A DNA stretch of 64,000 nucleotides from Eledone cirrhosa. Its lineage: Eukaryota. Made by a program: the position numbers and the translations under genes. The notes under the pieces were generated by a model. The model ran no database searches, was not told where the DNA came from, and saw only the letters and a list, made by a program, of their open reading frames with translations. Below are positions 1 to 12,350 of the stretch, piece after piece; the stretch's first letter is position 1, and each line of letters opens with the position of its first letter. The stretch lies in the NCBI GenBank assembly GCA_964016885.1, contig OZ024740.1, positions 119,226,001 to 119,290,000 on the forward strand, given 5' to 3'.

Positions 1-150
1 CATAATTTCTCCCTTAGTTCATTTATGCTTTGCCGTTCACGTATATTGCTATTACACGTCCAGCGGAGCATGCAAGCTTCGTTCCTCTCCAGTCTGCGTA
101 TATCCTCTGCACACAATGCCCAAGTCTCACTGCCATGCAACATTGCTAGA
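1..150 (-). mobile_element. RTE-clade LINE fragment (post-RT region)
   Basis: Minus strand reads MLHGSETWALCAEDIRRLERNEACMLRW. Near-identical to the plus-strand copy starting at 3072. Confidence 0.85.
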
Positions 151-224
151 GGAAAAGCAGAGGAAAACATTGCTAGGGGAAAAGCACAAAAATAATGGGC
201 GGAGGTGTTGAGAGTAGACTCAGA

Positions 225-354
225 TTGCTGATGCTTACGGAGGAGATGACGAAGGACCGTGACAAGTGGAGAGGTGCTATGCTGAATAGAACCCGTCCCA
301 CCCATGCAAGCAGGGAAAAGCGGATGTAAAATGATGATGATGATGATGATGATG
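225..354 (+). mobile_element. RTE LINE 3' end with (ATG)n tail
   Basis: gaccgtgacaagtggaga...cccatgcaagcagggaaaagcggatgtaaa followed by (atg)n. The same tail occurs at 365-470 (-) and 28440-28525 (+). Confidence 0.75.
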
Positions 355-364
355 TTTATATATA

Positions 365-470
365 TCATCATCATCATAATCATCATTTTACGTCTGCTTT
401 TCCCTGCTTGCAAGGGTTGGACGGGTCCTATTCAGAACAGCATCTCTCCACTTGTCACGGTCCTTCGTCA
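365..470 (-). mobile_element. RTE LINE 3' end, inverted relative to 225-354
   Basis: Approximate reverse complement of 246-354, beginning with (cat)n. Confidence 0.75.
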
Positions 471-480
471 TATATATATA

Positions 481-572
<92 letters not shown>

Positions 573-573
573 T

Positions 574-1262
574 CTGACGTCTGCTCTCACCACCTGCAAC
601 CATGTTTTTGATGGTCTACATTCTATTGCATCTTCCTTCTACTGGGATTTCTTGGCACTTCTTTACCCAGTGGTCATCCTCCATGCGCATCATATGCCCA
701 TACGATCTCAGTCTTCTCTCCTACACACCACAACATATCCCTCTTATACACAGTTTCTTCTCAACTTTTCCATGCTTGGTTGTTCACACACATTGACATT
801 GCACATCCAACGGGGCATACTTGCTTCATTTCTCTCCAGCCGTCGCATATCCTCTGCAGTTGCTGTCCATGTCTCACTACCATGCGGCATTGCGCATCTC
901 ACACAGGCATCATATAACCGTCCTTTCATACGCAGAAAGAAACACTTCTTTGTAGACAGAGAGAGCAGCTCGCTAAACTTCTTCCAACCCTTCCTTATTC
1001 TAGATACTATGGCCTTGGAACAGCCCCCTCCCATGCGAATCTGATCACCTAGGTACCGGAAGCTATCAACCACTTCTATAGAAGCGACCTGCATTGTAAA
1101 AATGTGTCTATCACTGTGATTACTACTGCCAACTTTCCCGTTACATCTAATACATACGTAGTTTTCCCTACCTGTTAGTTTGCCTGCTATCCCACTACAT
1201 CTCTTGTGTACCCAAGATCTGCATTGCATACATTTTATGGAATTTATGCCAGTTCCTTTCCT
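574..1262 (-). mobile_element. RTE LINE RT C-terminal fragment with PHD-type finger
   Basis: ORF 744..1316: CRKGTGINSIKCMQCRSWVHKRCSGI...CIRC, then EVVDSFRYLG and HGSETW...RRLERNE. Confidence 0.9.
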
Positions 1263-1322
1263 ACATATATATACATATATACATATATGTATATATATGT
1301 ATATGTATGTATACATACATAT

Positions 1323-1362
<40 letters not shown>

Positions 1363-1364
<2 letters not shown>

Positions 1365-1848
1365 AAAAGGTGCAGAGCACTAGAAGTCGATGGAAACCGC
1401 GGAGTGGGGAGACCCAAGATGACCTGGGATGAGGTGATAAAAGCCGACCTTACCCAATTACACCTCTCAAAGGCGATGACACACGACCGTGACCTCTGGC
1501 GTCACGCAGTAATACAGAGTACCCGATCTCCCTTGGGTACAAGCTGAAGCATATAGACAATATGCCCCCCACCCCACTGCAAGATGGTCGTGGAGGTTCC
1601 ACAGCAAAAAAGCACCCAGCCCACACTGTAAAGTGGACGTATAGGCGCCACTTAAAAGCACCAAGCACTCACTGTAAATGAGGTTGGTGTTAGGAAGGGC
1701 ATCCAGCTGTAGAAATCAAGCCAAATCAGTTTCCTGTATGAGCAAGGCATGGTCAGCCGACCAGACACTGCCCACAACAGGACAACCCCTCTAACCCATG
1801 TTAGCGTGGAAGAACGGACGTAAAACGGTGATGATGATGATGATGATG
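1363..1848 (+). mobile_element. RTE LINE 3' fragment (ORF end, 3' UTR, (ATG)n tail)
   Basis: KRCRALEVDGNRGVGRPKMTWDEVIKADL...DRDLWR. The 3' UTR matches 21260-21731. Confidence 0.9.
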
Positions 1849-1875
1849 TATATGTATGTATATATATGTATATAT

Positions 1876-2195
1876 CATCATCATCATCATCATTTTACGT
1901 CCGCTTTTCCCTGCCTGCAAGGGTGAGACGGGAACTGATTCTGGCATGATTTCTACAGCTGGATGCCCTTCCTAACACCAACCTCATTTACAGTGAGTGC
2001 TGGGTGCTTTTTCTCCGTGGCACCTACACGACCACTTTGCAGTGGAAAGATAGGGACACCAGTCCCTATCATCTCATTTCTACAGCTGAGTAAACTGGAA
2101 CAATGTCAAATAAAGTGTCATGCTCAAGGAAACAACACATCACCCTGTCTGAGAATTGAACTCACAACCTTTCGATTGCTCTAACCACTAAGCCA
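1876..2195 (-). mobile_element. tRNA-derived SINE with RTE-derived 3' tail
   Basis: Minus strand starts tggcttagtggttagagc...gagttcaattc (A/B-box-like), has central tgttgtttccttgagc, and ends in the same gttggtgttaggaagggcatccagctgtagaa...(atg)n tail as the RTE copies. Second copy at 41580-41868. Confidence 0.8.
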
Positions 2196-2254
2196 TATAT
2201 TGTATATGTATGTATATATATATATTGTATATGTATGTATATATATATGTATAA

Positions 2255-2282
<28 letters not shown>

Positions 2283-2285
<3 letters not shown>

Positions 2286-2485
2286 ACGGAGCCATAGACT
2301 CGTTATTCCCTGTTAATAATGTGCTCAAAGGAAAAGGAATCCTGAGCTCTTTAAAATACAATATGTTGAAAAGGTAACACACTAAAGAGAGATAGTGTGC
2401 CATCAATCAAACAGGGAAAAACCACCAGTGTATGGAGTCTATAATCTATGGGAGGCAGGGTAGACACACAATAATTAAAAATATA
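2283..2485. repeat. Interspersed repeat, copy 1 of 2 (other at 6823-7036); unclassified
   Basis: gccatagactc...aaaggaatcctgagctctttaaaatacaatatgttgaaa...gtagacacacaataattaaaaatata is shared between the two loci. Confidence 0.8.
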
Positions 2486-2517
2486 TTTATATTTTTAATT
2501 ATTGTGTGTCTACCCTG
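2456..2517. repeat. Perfect palindrome, 30-bp arms, 2-nt loop
   Basis: cagggtagacacacaataattaaaaatata-tt-tatatttttaattattgtgtgtctaccctg. Confidence 0.95.
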
Positions 2518-3018
2518 GATTCCAAGCACTGAAAATCTCGCTGTCACTGGTCAAATGGCCGATTCTAAAGAATCAATCACGTGACACTGAGGCTAGTCGG
2601 TAGGAGTGGGATGGTAAGATGACAGACGCCTACTAACACACCAAAAATTTAGTAGTGGTTTTGGCAGGTTTGCTCGACAAATCAGTGATTTGGAGATAAA
2701 TATAGATAATTTAATATATCTACTAACATAAGCGCACAGATGTACGCTAATGCCAGCAAGAGATTTTCAGTGCTTGGAATCCAGTCCCCGATAGCTGTTC
2801 CATTTACCGAATTATTATTATTTTTATATGAGTCCCCAGTGTCCGCGCATTTCCTGGAGACTTGGCTGAGAATAGACCTCTCTGATGACGCAATGAAATT
2901 CTCAACAGTTCATTACGTAACTGTCTTTATCCCATTGCAGAAACTAATTAGTTGGAGTGAAAATTTTAGTAAGTAAGTTAATTTAAAAAATTTTTTTTTT
3001 TAATTTTCTTATTTTACG

Positions 3019-3071
<53 letters not shown>

Positions 3072-3074
<3 letters not shown>

Positions 3075-3960
3075 GCATTGTGTGCAGAGGATATACGCAG
3101 ACTGGAGAGAAACGAAGCTTGCATGCTCCGCTGGATGTGTAATAGTAATATACGTGAACGGCAAAGCATAAACGAACTAAGGGAGAAATTAGGAATAAGA
3201 GGGATAAGATGTTGTTTACTCGAGAGAAGACTATGTTGGTACGGTCACGTGATGCGCCTGAAAGACGACAGCTGTATAAAAAAGTGCAGGGCGATAAAAA
3301 TAGACGGTAGCCACGGAGTAGGCAGACCCAGAAAAACCTGGGACGACTTGATAAATTCCGACCTCACACGCTTACACCTCTCCAAGACAATGTCACTGGA
3401 CCGAGATCTTTGGCGCTACACAGTTATACAGAAGACCCGCCTTGCCTAAGTACAAAGCGAAACCTACAGTCAGTAGGCAACTCTAACAAAATACACCCCC
3501 GTCCCACTACCCCCACCCCACCCACAACACCCCCTTAATTGTGAAGTTATGTTGGTACCACAACATCCAGTCCGAAACAAATGAGATCGTGTAGGTGTTA
3601 CGACAAACAACACACAGTCGACGCTGTAATGTGGCCGTGTAGGTAACACGGCATAAACCTCCCAGTACACACTGTAAACGTGGTTGGTGTTGGGAAGGGC
3701 ACCCAGCCGTAGATAACCCGCCAGACGTGTAGGTGTCACGACAATAAAACACACAGTCCACGCTGTAATGTGGCCGTGTAGGTAACACGGTAAAAACCTC
3801 CCCGTCTACACTGTAAACGTGGTTGGTGTTAGGAAGGGCATCCAGCCGTAGAAAACCCGCCAGACAGTCCTGAGCAAGACAACCAATCTTGCCTCAAGTG
3901 GGACAATTCCCGTCCAGACCCATGCTAGTGTGGAAAATGGACGTTAAACGATGATGATGA
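3072..3960 (+). mobile_element. 5'-truncated RTE LINE (second subfamily) with ~138-bp tandem duplication in the 3' UTR
   Basis: ORF 3078..3449 RRLERNEACMLRWM...WYGHVMR...GRPRKTW. Duplicated units at about 3588-3725 and 3726-3863. (gat)n tail. Confidence 0.9.
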
Positions 3961-3970
3961 TATATATATT

Positions 3971-4800
3971 TGATCAGATCTACTGGTTTCGACGGAAAAG
4001 AACAATTTGCTGCTGAATGAGAATAAATTTGAGTTAATCCACTTTGGAAAAGAGGATGCCCTGAAACTCCCATACTCCCTTCCTTCAGGTGAAACTCTCA
4101 TGGCATCCAACAACATTAAAGACTTAGGAGTAATTGTGGACAACAACATAAGCTGGGTCACAGCAAAGTTGACATGGACCGCAGAATGTGTTCAACTTTC
4201 CAGTTGAGAGATATCCACACTATTATCCTTCTCTTTTCCACTTTATCCCGAGCCCACCTTGAATAATGTTGTCCAGTGTGGTCTTCCCACATGAAACAAA
4301 GTATCATGAAAGTTGAAGATCCTCAAATGTCAATTACAAAAATGATAGATGGCATGACAGGCCTTCACTATTGGGTCAACTAGAAAAGCTCAAACTTTAT
4401 ACTCTCCAACATCGCCGTGAGCGCTACATCATCTGCATGATGTGGAAAATATTTCATCAGCATTGCCCAAATGATGTTGGCATAACCATTAAGGTACACC
4501 CAAGGCCTGGGCCCTGTGCTATCTGCCCGCAACAAAAATCATACTCGCATCTCATAACAACAATACGGCACAATTATTTACCCTCAATTGGCCCCACTCT
4601 CTTTAACACTACACCAAAACACATTAAAACAGAAACAGACTATATAAGGTTCAAGAAGTCTTTGGACAAATTCATTCAAGAAATCCTGGACAAACCACCT
4701 ACACCCAGATATATTTCCATAAACAATAACTCTCTATTTGAGTGGGTCATGGTGTCCAAATCCTGATTTGAAATTTTTCGCCAGGTGATGCTATTAAATA
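3971..4800 (+). mobile_element. CR1/L2-type LINE 3' fragment
   Basis: NENKFELIHFGK...KDLGVIVD and LEKLKLYTLQHRRER...FKKSLDKF resemble the RT C-terminus of CR1-group LINEs. Frameshifted. Confidence 0.75.
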
Positions 4801-4804
4801 GACA

Positions 4805-6575
4805 TGTAATAGTCCAAAATGAGAGTTCGATGTACAGTATTCAAGTGGAAGTTCACGGAGGAATTATCAATTTAATGGTATAACGACTAGGTATGAAGTA
4901 GAGGTTATATGTGGAAAAAATGTAATTAGAGTCCGTTCTTTAACATATGTCCCAGTACAGCATCAGTCTACGAGCGCTGATTGCATATTATTCTTATGCT
5001 CAATCGCTAGCATTACGTAAAACATTGCACTTCTTCAGAAAGTGTTCATAGTTCGAGGTGAGGAAGCTGCATCTTGCAGTAAGGATTTTTCTTGCCGCTA
5101 TCTACTTAGACCTAAAGGCAAATGTTTTCCATTAATAGTGATGAGGCAGAAAAGGTAGACATGGGAGGGACAAGAAGAGTAAAGCAAGCAAAATAATCAA
5201 AAACAAAATAAAAATGTGCAAGAATAAACAAAATAAGATGTATATGTAAACATAAACACACTTGTATACTTAAATATATGTATATATAAATAATATATAC
5301 TCACCTACATACATACTCATATATATACAAGCATACACACACACATACGTCTATACATTTATAACACATATATATATACATACACACGCCTACATATACA
5401 TACACATATATATACACACATCCATATGCCTACATGTACATATATACATATCTTCACACTCGTACACACATACATACACACATACCCATCCATACATACA
5501 CATATATACAAACACACATACAGACATATACTCCCATGAAGAAGACCAGTAAGCAGTTAGAATGAACAGTTCAAGAGAGAGTAGGTAGATAAGAGGTCAG
5601 TGAAGGAAAGAAAAGGTGAGAGGGATTTGGCTGTTTGAAGTGTCTAGAGTAGATAAGCTAAAAGTTGAAGGCAGTAATAAATGTTTTTTTACCAGACTAT
5701 CCGTAGGGAAAATGTATACTGGGGAACCCATTAGTATGTAAAATGGCACCATAAGATCCTGGCAGTTGGAGATTGGAGCAATAGGTAAAGGGGGAAGTGA
5801 GATGTAGGATCGAACCTAATGCTAATCAAAGAGGGAATTATTGTTTTAGTTATTCAGTTAAAGGGGCTTATAGGAATCATTTTATAGGAGTAGATTATCT
5901 AGATAGGAGATAAAGAATCATGGTAATCAAGGTGGTACCTGGTGAAGGTACGTAAATCCGTGTTGGCACTTGAAAATCCTGTCCTGGCGAAAGTTGAACA
6001 GATCCGAGTCAGACATAATCTTTACCACCTCCATCACACAGAGGTCAAAAGAGCGCCTTTCATGTTGGTACGGGCATGTGAACCTTAATACAAACCAAGA
6101 GAGAGTATAATCCGTGTTGCTTTGTTTCAAGTCCCAGACAATTTTAGCGAGGGTGGTTGACTTACTCAGCCTAAGGGTTTTGAATGAATGTGGGTGCATG
6201 TACCATCTCGTCTTAAAGAAGTTGCAGGTTGCACCCACATACTTATACGTCACCAAATTAGTTTCAACCACACACTGGTAAACCATGTTCCTGTGCATGC
6301 ACATCCCGTTTAAGTGACAGTTGTTAGGTAGCTGGAACAATCACAAGAACGGTTTCCCAATCCGCCACACTGAACAAGGATCAACCCACCTTCTCAGATG
6401 GACCATATAAAGTGCATGCGAACCAACTACAGCCTCCCCATACTTCACACACCTCCTCTAATACAGATACGAATAATGATGCCATACAATATGCACGGCA
6501 CAGCTTCAAATTGGGCCGATTGTTTACAAACGAATCGAGCATTATTATTAATGTTCGATACAACCCATACATACA
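4805..6575 (-). mobile_element. Penelope-like element remnant (GIY-YIG endonuclease plus 3' region)
   Basis: ORF 5927..6340: CHLNGMC...MVYQC...YVGAT..FKTRW..H..SF...STTLAKIVWDLK...DLCVME. A degenerate hammerhead lies downstream on the same strand. Confidence 0.75.
4938..5042 (-). ncRNA. Degenerate type I hammerhead ribozyme with long stem II
   Basis: Minus strand: cttt CTGAAGA agtgca...tgtact GGGA CATATG TT aaag. GGGA replaces GAAA. Helix III is palindromic. Confidence 0.5.
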
Positions 6576-6658
6576 TATGTATATGTATATATGTGTGTGT
6601 CTGTATATATATATATATGTGTGTGTATATATATATGTGTGTATGTGTGCTTACTTAC

Positions 6659-6689
<31 letters not shown>

Positions 6690-6822
6690 TATATCATCAT
6701 CGTTTAACGTCTATCTTCCACACTAGCATGGCTTTGGCCGGAGTATCGCTATTAGCTTTTTCCGATTATGTATTTATATATATATATATATATACATATA
6801 TGTATATATATCACGATAAATT

Positions 6823-7036
6823 AATGAAGCCATAGACTCTCATTATTCCCTGTAAATTATGTGCTCAAAGAAAAGGAATCCTGAGCTCTTTAAAATACAA
6901 TATGTTGAAAGTGTAACACACTAGAGAGAGAGAGAGAGAGATAGATAGTGTGCCATCAATAAAACAGGGAAAACCGCCAGTGTATGGAATCTATAACCTA
7001 TGGAAGGCAGAGTAGACACACAATAATTAAAAATAT
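6823..7036. repeat. Interspersed repeat, copy 2 (see 2283-2485)
   Basis: Direct similarity to 2283-2485, with an expanded (AG)n. Confidence 0.8.
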
Positions 7037-7327
7037 AAATGAAAATGTATATACGCACCTCTATAACTATATAACACACGCGTACAAATCCAAAGAGATC
7101 TATTTCGTCATGAAATTGTTGACTGAAATGGATTCGCCTATCGGTCATCAGCACGTGTAAGACAATACATTCCAGACAACTCTAAGAAAATCTAAGACAA
7201 CCATCCAGCTACACGCGGCAGAGAGATGTGACAGCATGGGTAGGACAATGAACCAGTGGGATCCGCTAGAAAAGGCAGCCCAAGTACATATGTATATACA
7301 CACACACACACACACACATATATATAC

Positions 7328-7484
7328 ATGAATGTATGTATATTATATTTGGGAATATACCGTATGTTTCGCCGAAAAGAAGTAAATGATATAGTCACTA
7401 CTTTAAAAATGATAGCGTATGGTCTTCTAAATGTTTTTAATTAAACATACGGTATATTGCCAAATATCCTATACATACATTCAT
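7328..7484. repeat. Fold-back element, 42-bp arms
   Basis: 7328-7369 is the reverse complement of 7443-7484 with 3 mismatches. Confidence 0.85.
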
Positions 7485-7567
7485 ATATACATATAGATAT
7501 ATTAACTGCAGTAATACAAAAACGCTTATTGCCTCCAGTAGACCCAAGGGAGCTGTCCCTATTATAG

Positions 7568-7745
7568 TTGTTTCTACTTTTGGCACAAGGCCAGCAATTA
7601 ATATTACTGGTACCTTATTTTATCGACCCCGTAAGGATGAACGGCAAAAATTAACCTCGACAGGATTTGAACTCAGACCATAAAGGGACGTAACTATGTT
7701 GGAAAGCATGGCGTCCGACTCTCTTCCGATACTGCCAATTCACCA
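7568..7745 (-). mobile_element. Abundant SINE (ttgcctttcatcctt...gtcgataaaataaagtaccag family)
   Basis: Same sequence as 39700-39885, 47485-47670 and 62046-62220. Candidate TSD ccctattatagt (7557) / ccctataatagt (7761). Confidence 0.8.
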
Positions 7746-7954
7746 CCCTTTGCCAATTCACCCTATAATAGTGTTGCCCAGCGTGGACTGTGCCCCTCAG
7801 CCCCTCTAGCTACCCTACTGCAGCTTGACCCCCTTAAAATATAAGAAGATAATTGTTGAAACACTTGCTTGTGGGGAGTTTTTTCTCTGAAGACCTTCTG
7901 CTGTCCAACTCTCCTGAGCGTTTCTTAACACTTGTGATTTTAACATGACATTAT

Positions 7955-8073
7955 GTTTCTGAGTTCAAATCCCGCCGAGGTTAGCTTTGCCTTTCATCCT
8001 TACGGGATCGATAAAATAAAATACCAGTAATGCACTGGGGTAATTACTGGCTTTGTGCCAAAAGTAGAAACAA
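7955..8073 (+). mobile_element. SINE, same family, 5'-truncated
   Basis: gagttcaaatcccgccgagg...tttgcctttcatccttacggg...tgtgccaaaagtagaaacaatt. Confidence 0.8.
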
Positions 8074-9141
8074 TTATCTTATTTATTTAAATCATAATTT
8101 TTGAACAATACTTTCCATGGATACAGATTTCTATTTGGCTAATCCCAGTTTCACAGCATGTCTTATGGTATGAGTGTTAACCATATATCTTTGATTTTCT
8201 ACAGAGCTAATATTTTGAAACATCGTTTGTAAAACATCATTTTGTTTTGTTTTCTATGTTTATATCCCTTGCCAATACACATCAGAGTAAAACACCAACC
8301 TTATAAAACTGTTTAATCTGTGAAGGGGTTAACTTTATATAAAATTTATTTTTAATATTTCTATATCTCAAGCAACTATTTGGCAGTAAATAAAATGATT
8401 TGTGGTATTTAGTTACTTCCCTTTACATTTTACATACAAATCCTTTAAAGATCAACCCTACTTTTTATTCTTCTAGGTTAAAAAATATTGAAGTTCCAGT
8501 CAGGCACTGGGTTGATTAAATAAAATATACTCCTACAAAATTGCTGCTGCTGTTGATGTTGTTACTGTTATTGTTATAGATGATATTATATCATACTAGC
8601 TAAGATTGTTTATACAATGAGATAATCTTTTCATATGGACTTATTTGCATTGTTATTGTGATAGTTACATGGATAGCAAGGCTCACATTGTTCATCATGT
8701 TTAAAGAAAAGTCAACAAAACTAGTTAACTAGAAAATAGAATGTTTGAAAATGTGTCGTAGTTTTAAAATGGTTTAAGAGAAATTTGTTTGTTTACAACT
8801 AAACTGAAACATTTTTTTATGTTCTAGAGATGTTTGAAGCAATTAACAAGTTAAAGAAAATTGTTGAAAAATAAATTTTCAGCATGTGTTTAACATTTAA
8901 CAGAGTTAGCTCATGTTCAATATGATCAGAAATATCACATGATTGCACATCGACTTAACAACATGAAAAGTGTCATGAATGTTATAGAACATTTCAAAAG
9001 AAAAAAAACGACTATTTTTAACTTTTCACTTTACTAGTCACTCATTTTGTATAATAATTTCCGTTACATTCAATGTAAAGTTCCGATGTTTTGCCTCAAA
9101 CTCTACTTCTCTGAGGAAACACAAATTCACACAAGCATACA

Positions 9142-9218
<77 letters not shown>

Positions 9219-9421
9219 TGTATAAGTTAAAATATAACCTTATCACAAACAAAATTAAGCAAGTTTATTCTATTTTGAATGAAGTTAAAAACTCAGGAGA
9301 CTATATTTGAATGCTTTTTCTGTTTTTAAATGGGAAGATTTTAAAATTCTTATTTTTATTAATAAGTTAATATGTTCTGTATGAAATGAAAGATATATTT
9401 ATAACTTAACTTATGTTTCAG

Positions 9422-9448
9422 GATTGCGCATGGTGCTTCTTTGTTTTT
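9422..9448 (+). other. Candidate 27-nt micro-exon
   Basis: cttaac branch-like motif, then tttcag|GATTGC...TTTTT|gtaagt, in non-repeat DNA. No recognisable product. Confidence 0.3.
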
Positions 9449-10409
9449 GTAAGTGCTAAATATCTTACAACTTAAATTTATGTAACATTTGTGTATGCAG
9501 AGGTGAAACTAGGGGAAATAGCACTATGGCAAGCAGAGAAATTGTGTCCCTGCCAAAACATCTGACACCAATGTTTGAGATAGCCTATGGGCCTAATAAT
9601 TTATATAAATGGTTTAATTATACAGCCATCATAGTGCTTCTAAGATATATCATGTTTCTGAAGAAGTTTTCTTCTTCACTCTCCAACGATAGCTTATCTG
9701 ACTTTAATAGAAAGTTCTAGTCCAAGTGGTACTCCCTTTCAAGTAGCGCCCATGGCACATGCCATGCTTGCCATATTCTCGTTATGCCTCTGCGTGCATG
9801 CCATTAAAATGTCACTTGGTGGCTTCACCAGCTAAAACTATATTAATCTAAAAATACTGCTATAAATTGGATCAGAAATTGAAAATATTTTTTCTATTAT
9901 GGGTTTCACAATTCTTTATATGAAAGTTACTTTTAACATGCAATTGACTTCTTAATAATATATAATTATGGTTATTGCTAGGTAGTCCACATTATTTTTG
10001 GTTTATCAGACATTTAACACAAGAAGAATCCAATAAGAACACTTAATTGTAACCCTAGTTTCTTCACTTTGAATATGCAATGATTCCTTCTAGTCTAAGA
10101 GCATGATTATATATTCTATGATGCTGTGATGCAGAATGTTATTAATGGCAAACATATATAAATACATATAAAATATTTGAATCCATGTTATGTTCCAAAG
10201 TAGATATCCATATCCTATCTATATTGCCGAGATTATTTTTTTCATATATAAACTAATTTCTTTGTTATTATGCAAAACATTTGTATTTCATGAAATGCAA
10301 GTCAGGCCGTGCTCGTCATTCAGTGTTTTTCTCAAAAGCGGAAAACAATGCTATTCTCTGTGTTTAAATGGAGTTTTCCTACCAGATAGTAATTATAGAC
10401 TATCAAAAA

Positions 10410-10690
10410 GTTTAGTGGTTAGGATATTCAAGTCATGAATTTGATTCCTGGTGGCATATTTTGTCCCTGTGCAAGGCATTTTATTCTACCTTCCTGCAGT
10501 CCATTCACCAAACAAAAATAGATTATATCTGGTATTTAAAGTGCCATGCTGAATCTCCCTGGGAACTATGCTAAGGATGCACATGTTTGAAGAATGCTTA
10601 GTGATTTGCACATTCATTTAATAAACAGGCTGTTCTAATGTTTGAACTATTGGAATACTCATGATCGAAACCAATGAAGATCCAATGATA
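10410..10690 (+). mobile_element. Decayed tRNA-derived SINE
   Basis: tagtggttagg...ttgattcc head and ttgtccctgtgcaaggcatttta central domain resembling the 1876-2195 SINE. Confidence 0.55.
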
Positions 10691-11059
10691 CTTAGTGTTG
10701 CCTTAGTCAGACAGGCACATTTCATCATCCTCATTGGCAGGAAGGGCAGCTAACCCTAGCAGAATGTGATTGTTTTAGTATAGAGAGAAAACTGAATATT
10801 TGTCAAAACTTATTTCAATGCTCTATTGTTTCTGCTTCTTTACCCAACAAATAAGTAGGAATTCCTACTCAGTAATTCTCATCATCAATTACATTTCAGA
10901 TTTGAATATATTTAAAACTAGAATGATTTTGTTCTGAAATAGAGACATTTAAGTGAGGCAATTAGAAATACATATTGTTTTTTGCTAAATCACACACAAT
11001 ATATATGTGTAGTAATGTTAAAAATTGTATATAGTAAGGCTAATATCTTACTCTGATAT

Positions 11060-11530
11060 ATTGTGCAGTTTATGCAAACTGATTAAATTACCTCATTCTG
11101 AAAAATGGTATGAGCATGAGCCAGACTCGGTAATAGAAAAGGAGTGGGTGAAGGTGCTATGGGATTTCAGGATACAAATGAACAAAAAGTTAAAACACAA
11201 TGGGCTTGACCTGAGGGCTTTTGACAAGGAAAAACATCTTCCTTGATTATGGATGTAGCTTTCCCTTTTGACAAAAGAAAGGAAGAAGGAGAAAATTAAC
11301 TGGTACCAGGATTTAAAATGAGAACTAAAAAGGTTTTAGAACTGTCATGAGAGCAAGGTCGTCCACATCATCATAGGAACACTCCAGAAGGCAGGCGCTC
11401 TGGGAATAGCAAGGACCCTCAGATATGTCCTGAATATCTGTTGTGAGTAACAGCTTGATGTTCATTAGGGGAAATTTTCTGGTTAAATAACAACAAAGAT
11501 TGAGATATCAAAATGATAATAATAATGATA
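11060..11530 (+). mobile_element. R4/Dong-type RLE LINE 3' fragment
   Basis: KWYEHEPDSVIE...VLWDFRIQ..KKLKHN..DL matches 49593..50237. Ends in gataataataatgata. Confidence 0.85.
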
Positions 11531-11909
11531 CAAGAGATCAATCACCTTATTGACTAATAAGAAAATCACAGCTAAAAGGACAGCACTTTACATATTCAGC
11601 AATTATAACCCATCGTGGAGATAAAAAAAAAATTACCATGGAGTGATTTCAACTGAACTATGTTGCTAATGGTTTACTTGTATATTTCTTGTTAGTTTAT
11701 GTACCGTGCATCTTATTTGCTGCTTTCACAAATTCAGTGTTTATTTCGTATTTTTTTTTATTAATGTTTAAGCACAACATCATTCGTCAACAAGAAAGTT
11801 AAAAGCAATTTATCAACTTATACTGTTGTGTTTATTGCATAAAGAGTGGAAACACCTTAAACATAAAAGCATGTGCAAATATTCTCTCATACACAAATTT
11901 ATATATATA

Positions 11910-11983
<74 letters not shown>

Positions 11984-12350
11984 ACATATATATATGTACT
12001 TTATATGTATATGTAATGATTTACGTTTTTATGAGTATTTTTTCTGTTGGTGTGAGCAAGATGAGATCATTTCTGGCACGTTTTCTATGGCAAAAATTCA
12101 AAACTTATTCTAAGAATGATGTACGGTGCTAATATTTATTGGACTGCTATGTAGCTGGACATAGTGTTTACGTTGAACAGAAAGAGATAACATTACAAAA
12201 TATTATCAACATTTATTAACGCAAAATAATCAAGTGGGTGAATAGAAGAGCAAACAATCACAGAAAAAGAAAAATGAATGGTATAATATATATATATACT
12301 ATAAGGATAAGGAACAAGGATTCAGTGTTGCGTCATAACATATTTAATAA

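Noticed and set aside
304-1044. 246-aa ORF and the many [12 protein letters not shown] ORFs across the window
   Set aside because: These are read-through of stop-free microsatellites and antisense LINE sequence, not genes.
2875-2935. CTGATGA-hairpin-GTAA-CTGTC, hammerhead-like
   Set aside because: GAAA is absent and there is no stem I pairing. At best a fossil.
7085-7160. Minus-strand CTGATGA...GAAA TAGATC TC
   Set aside because: No convincing stem I or stem II.
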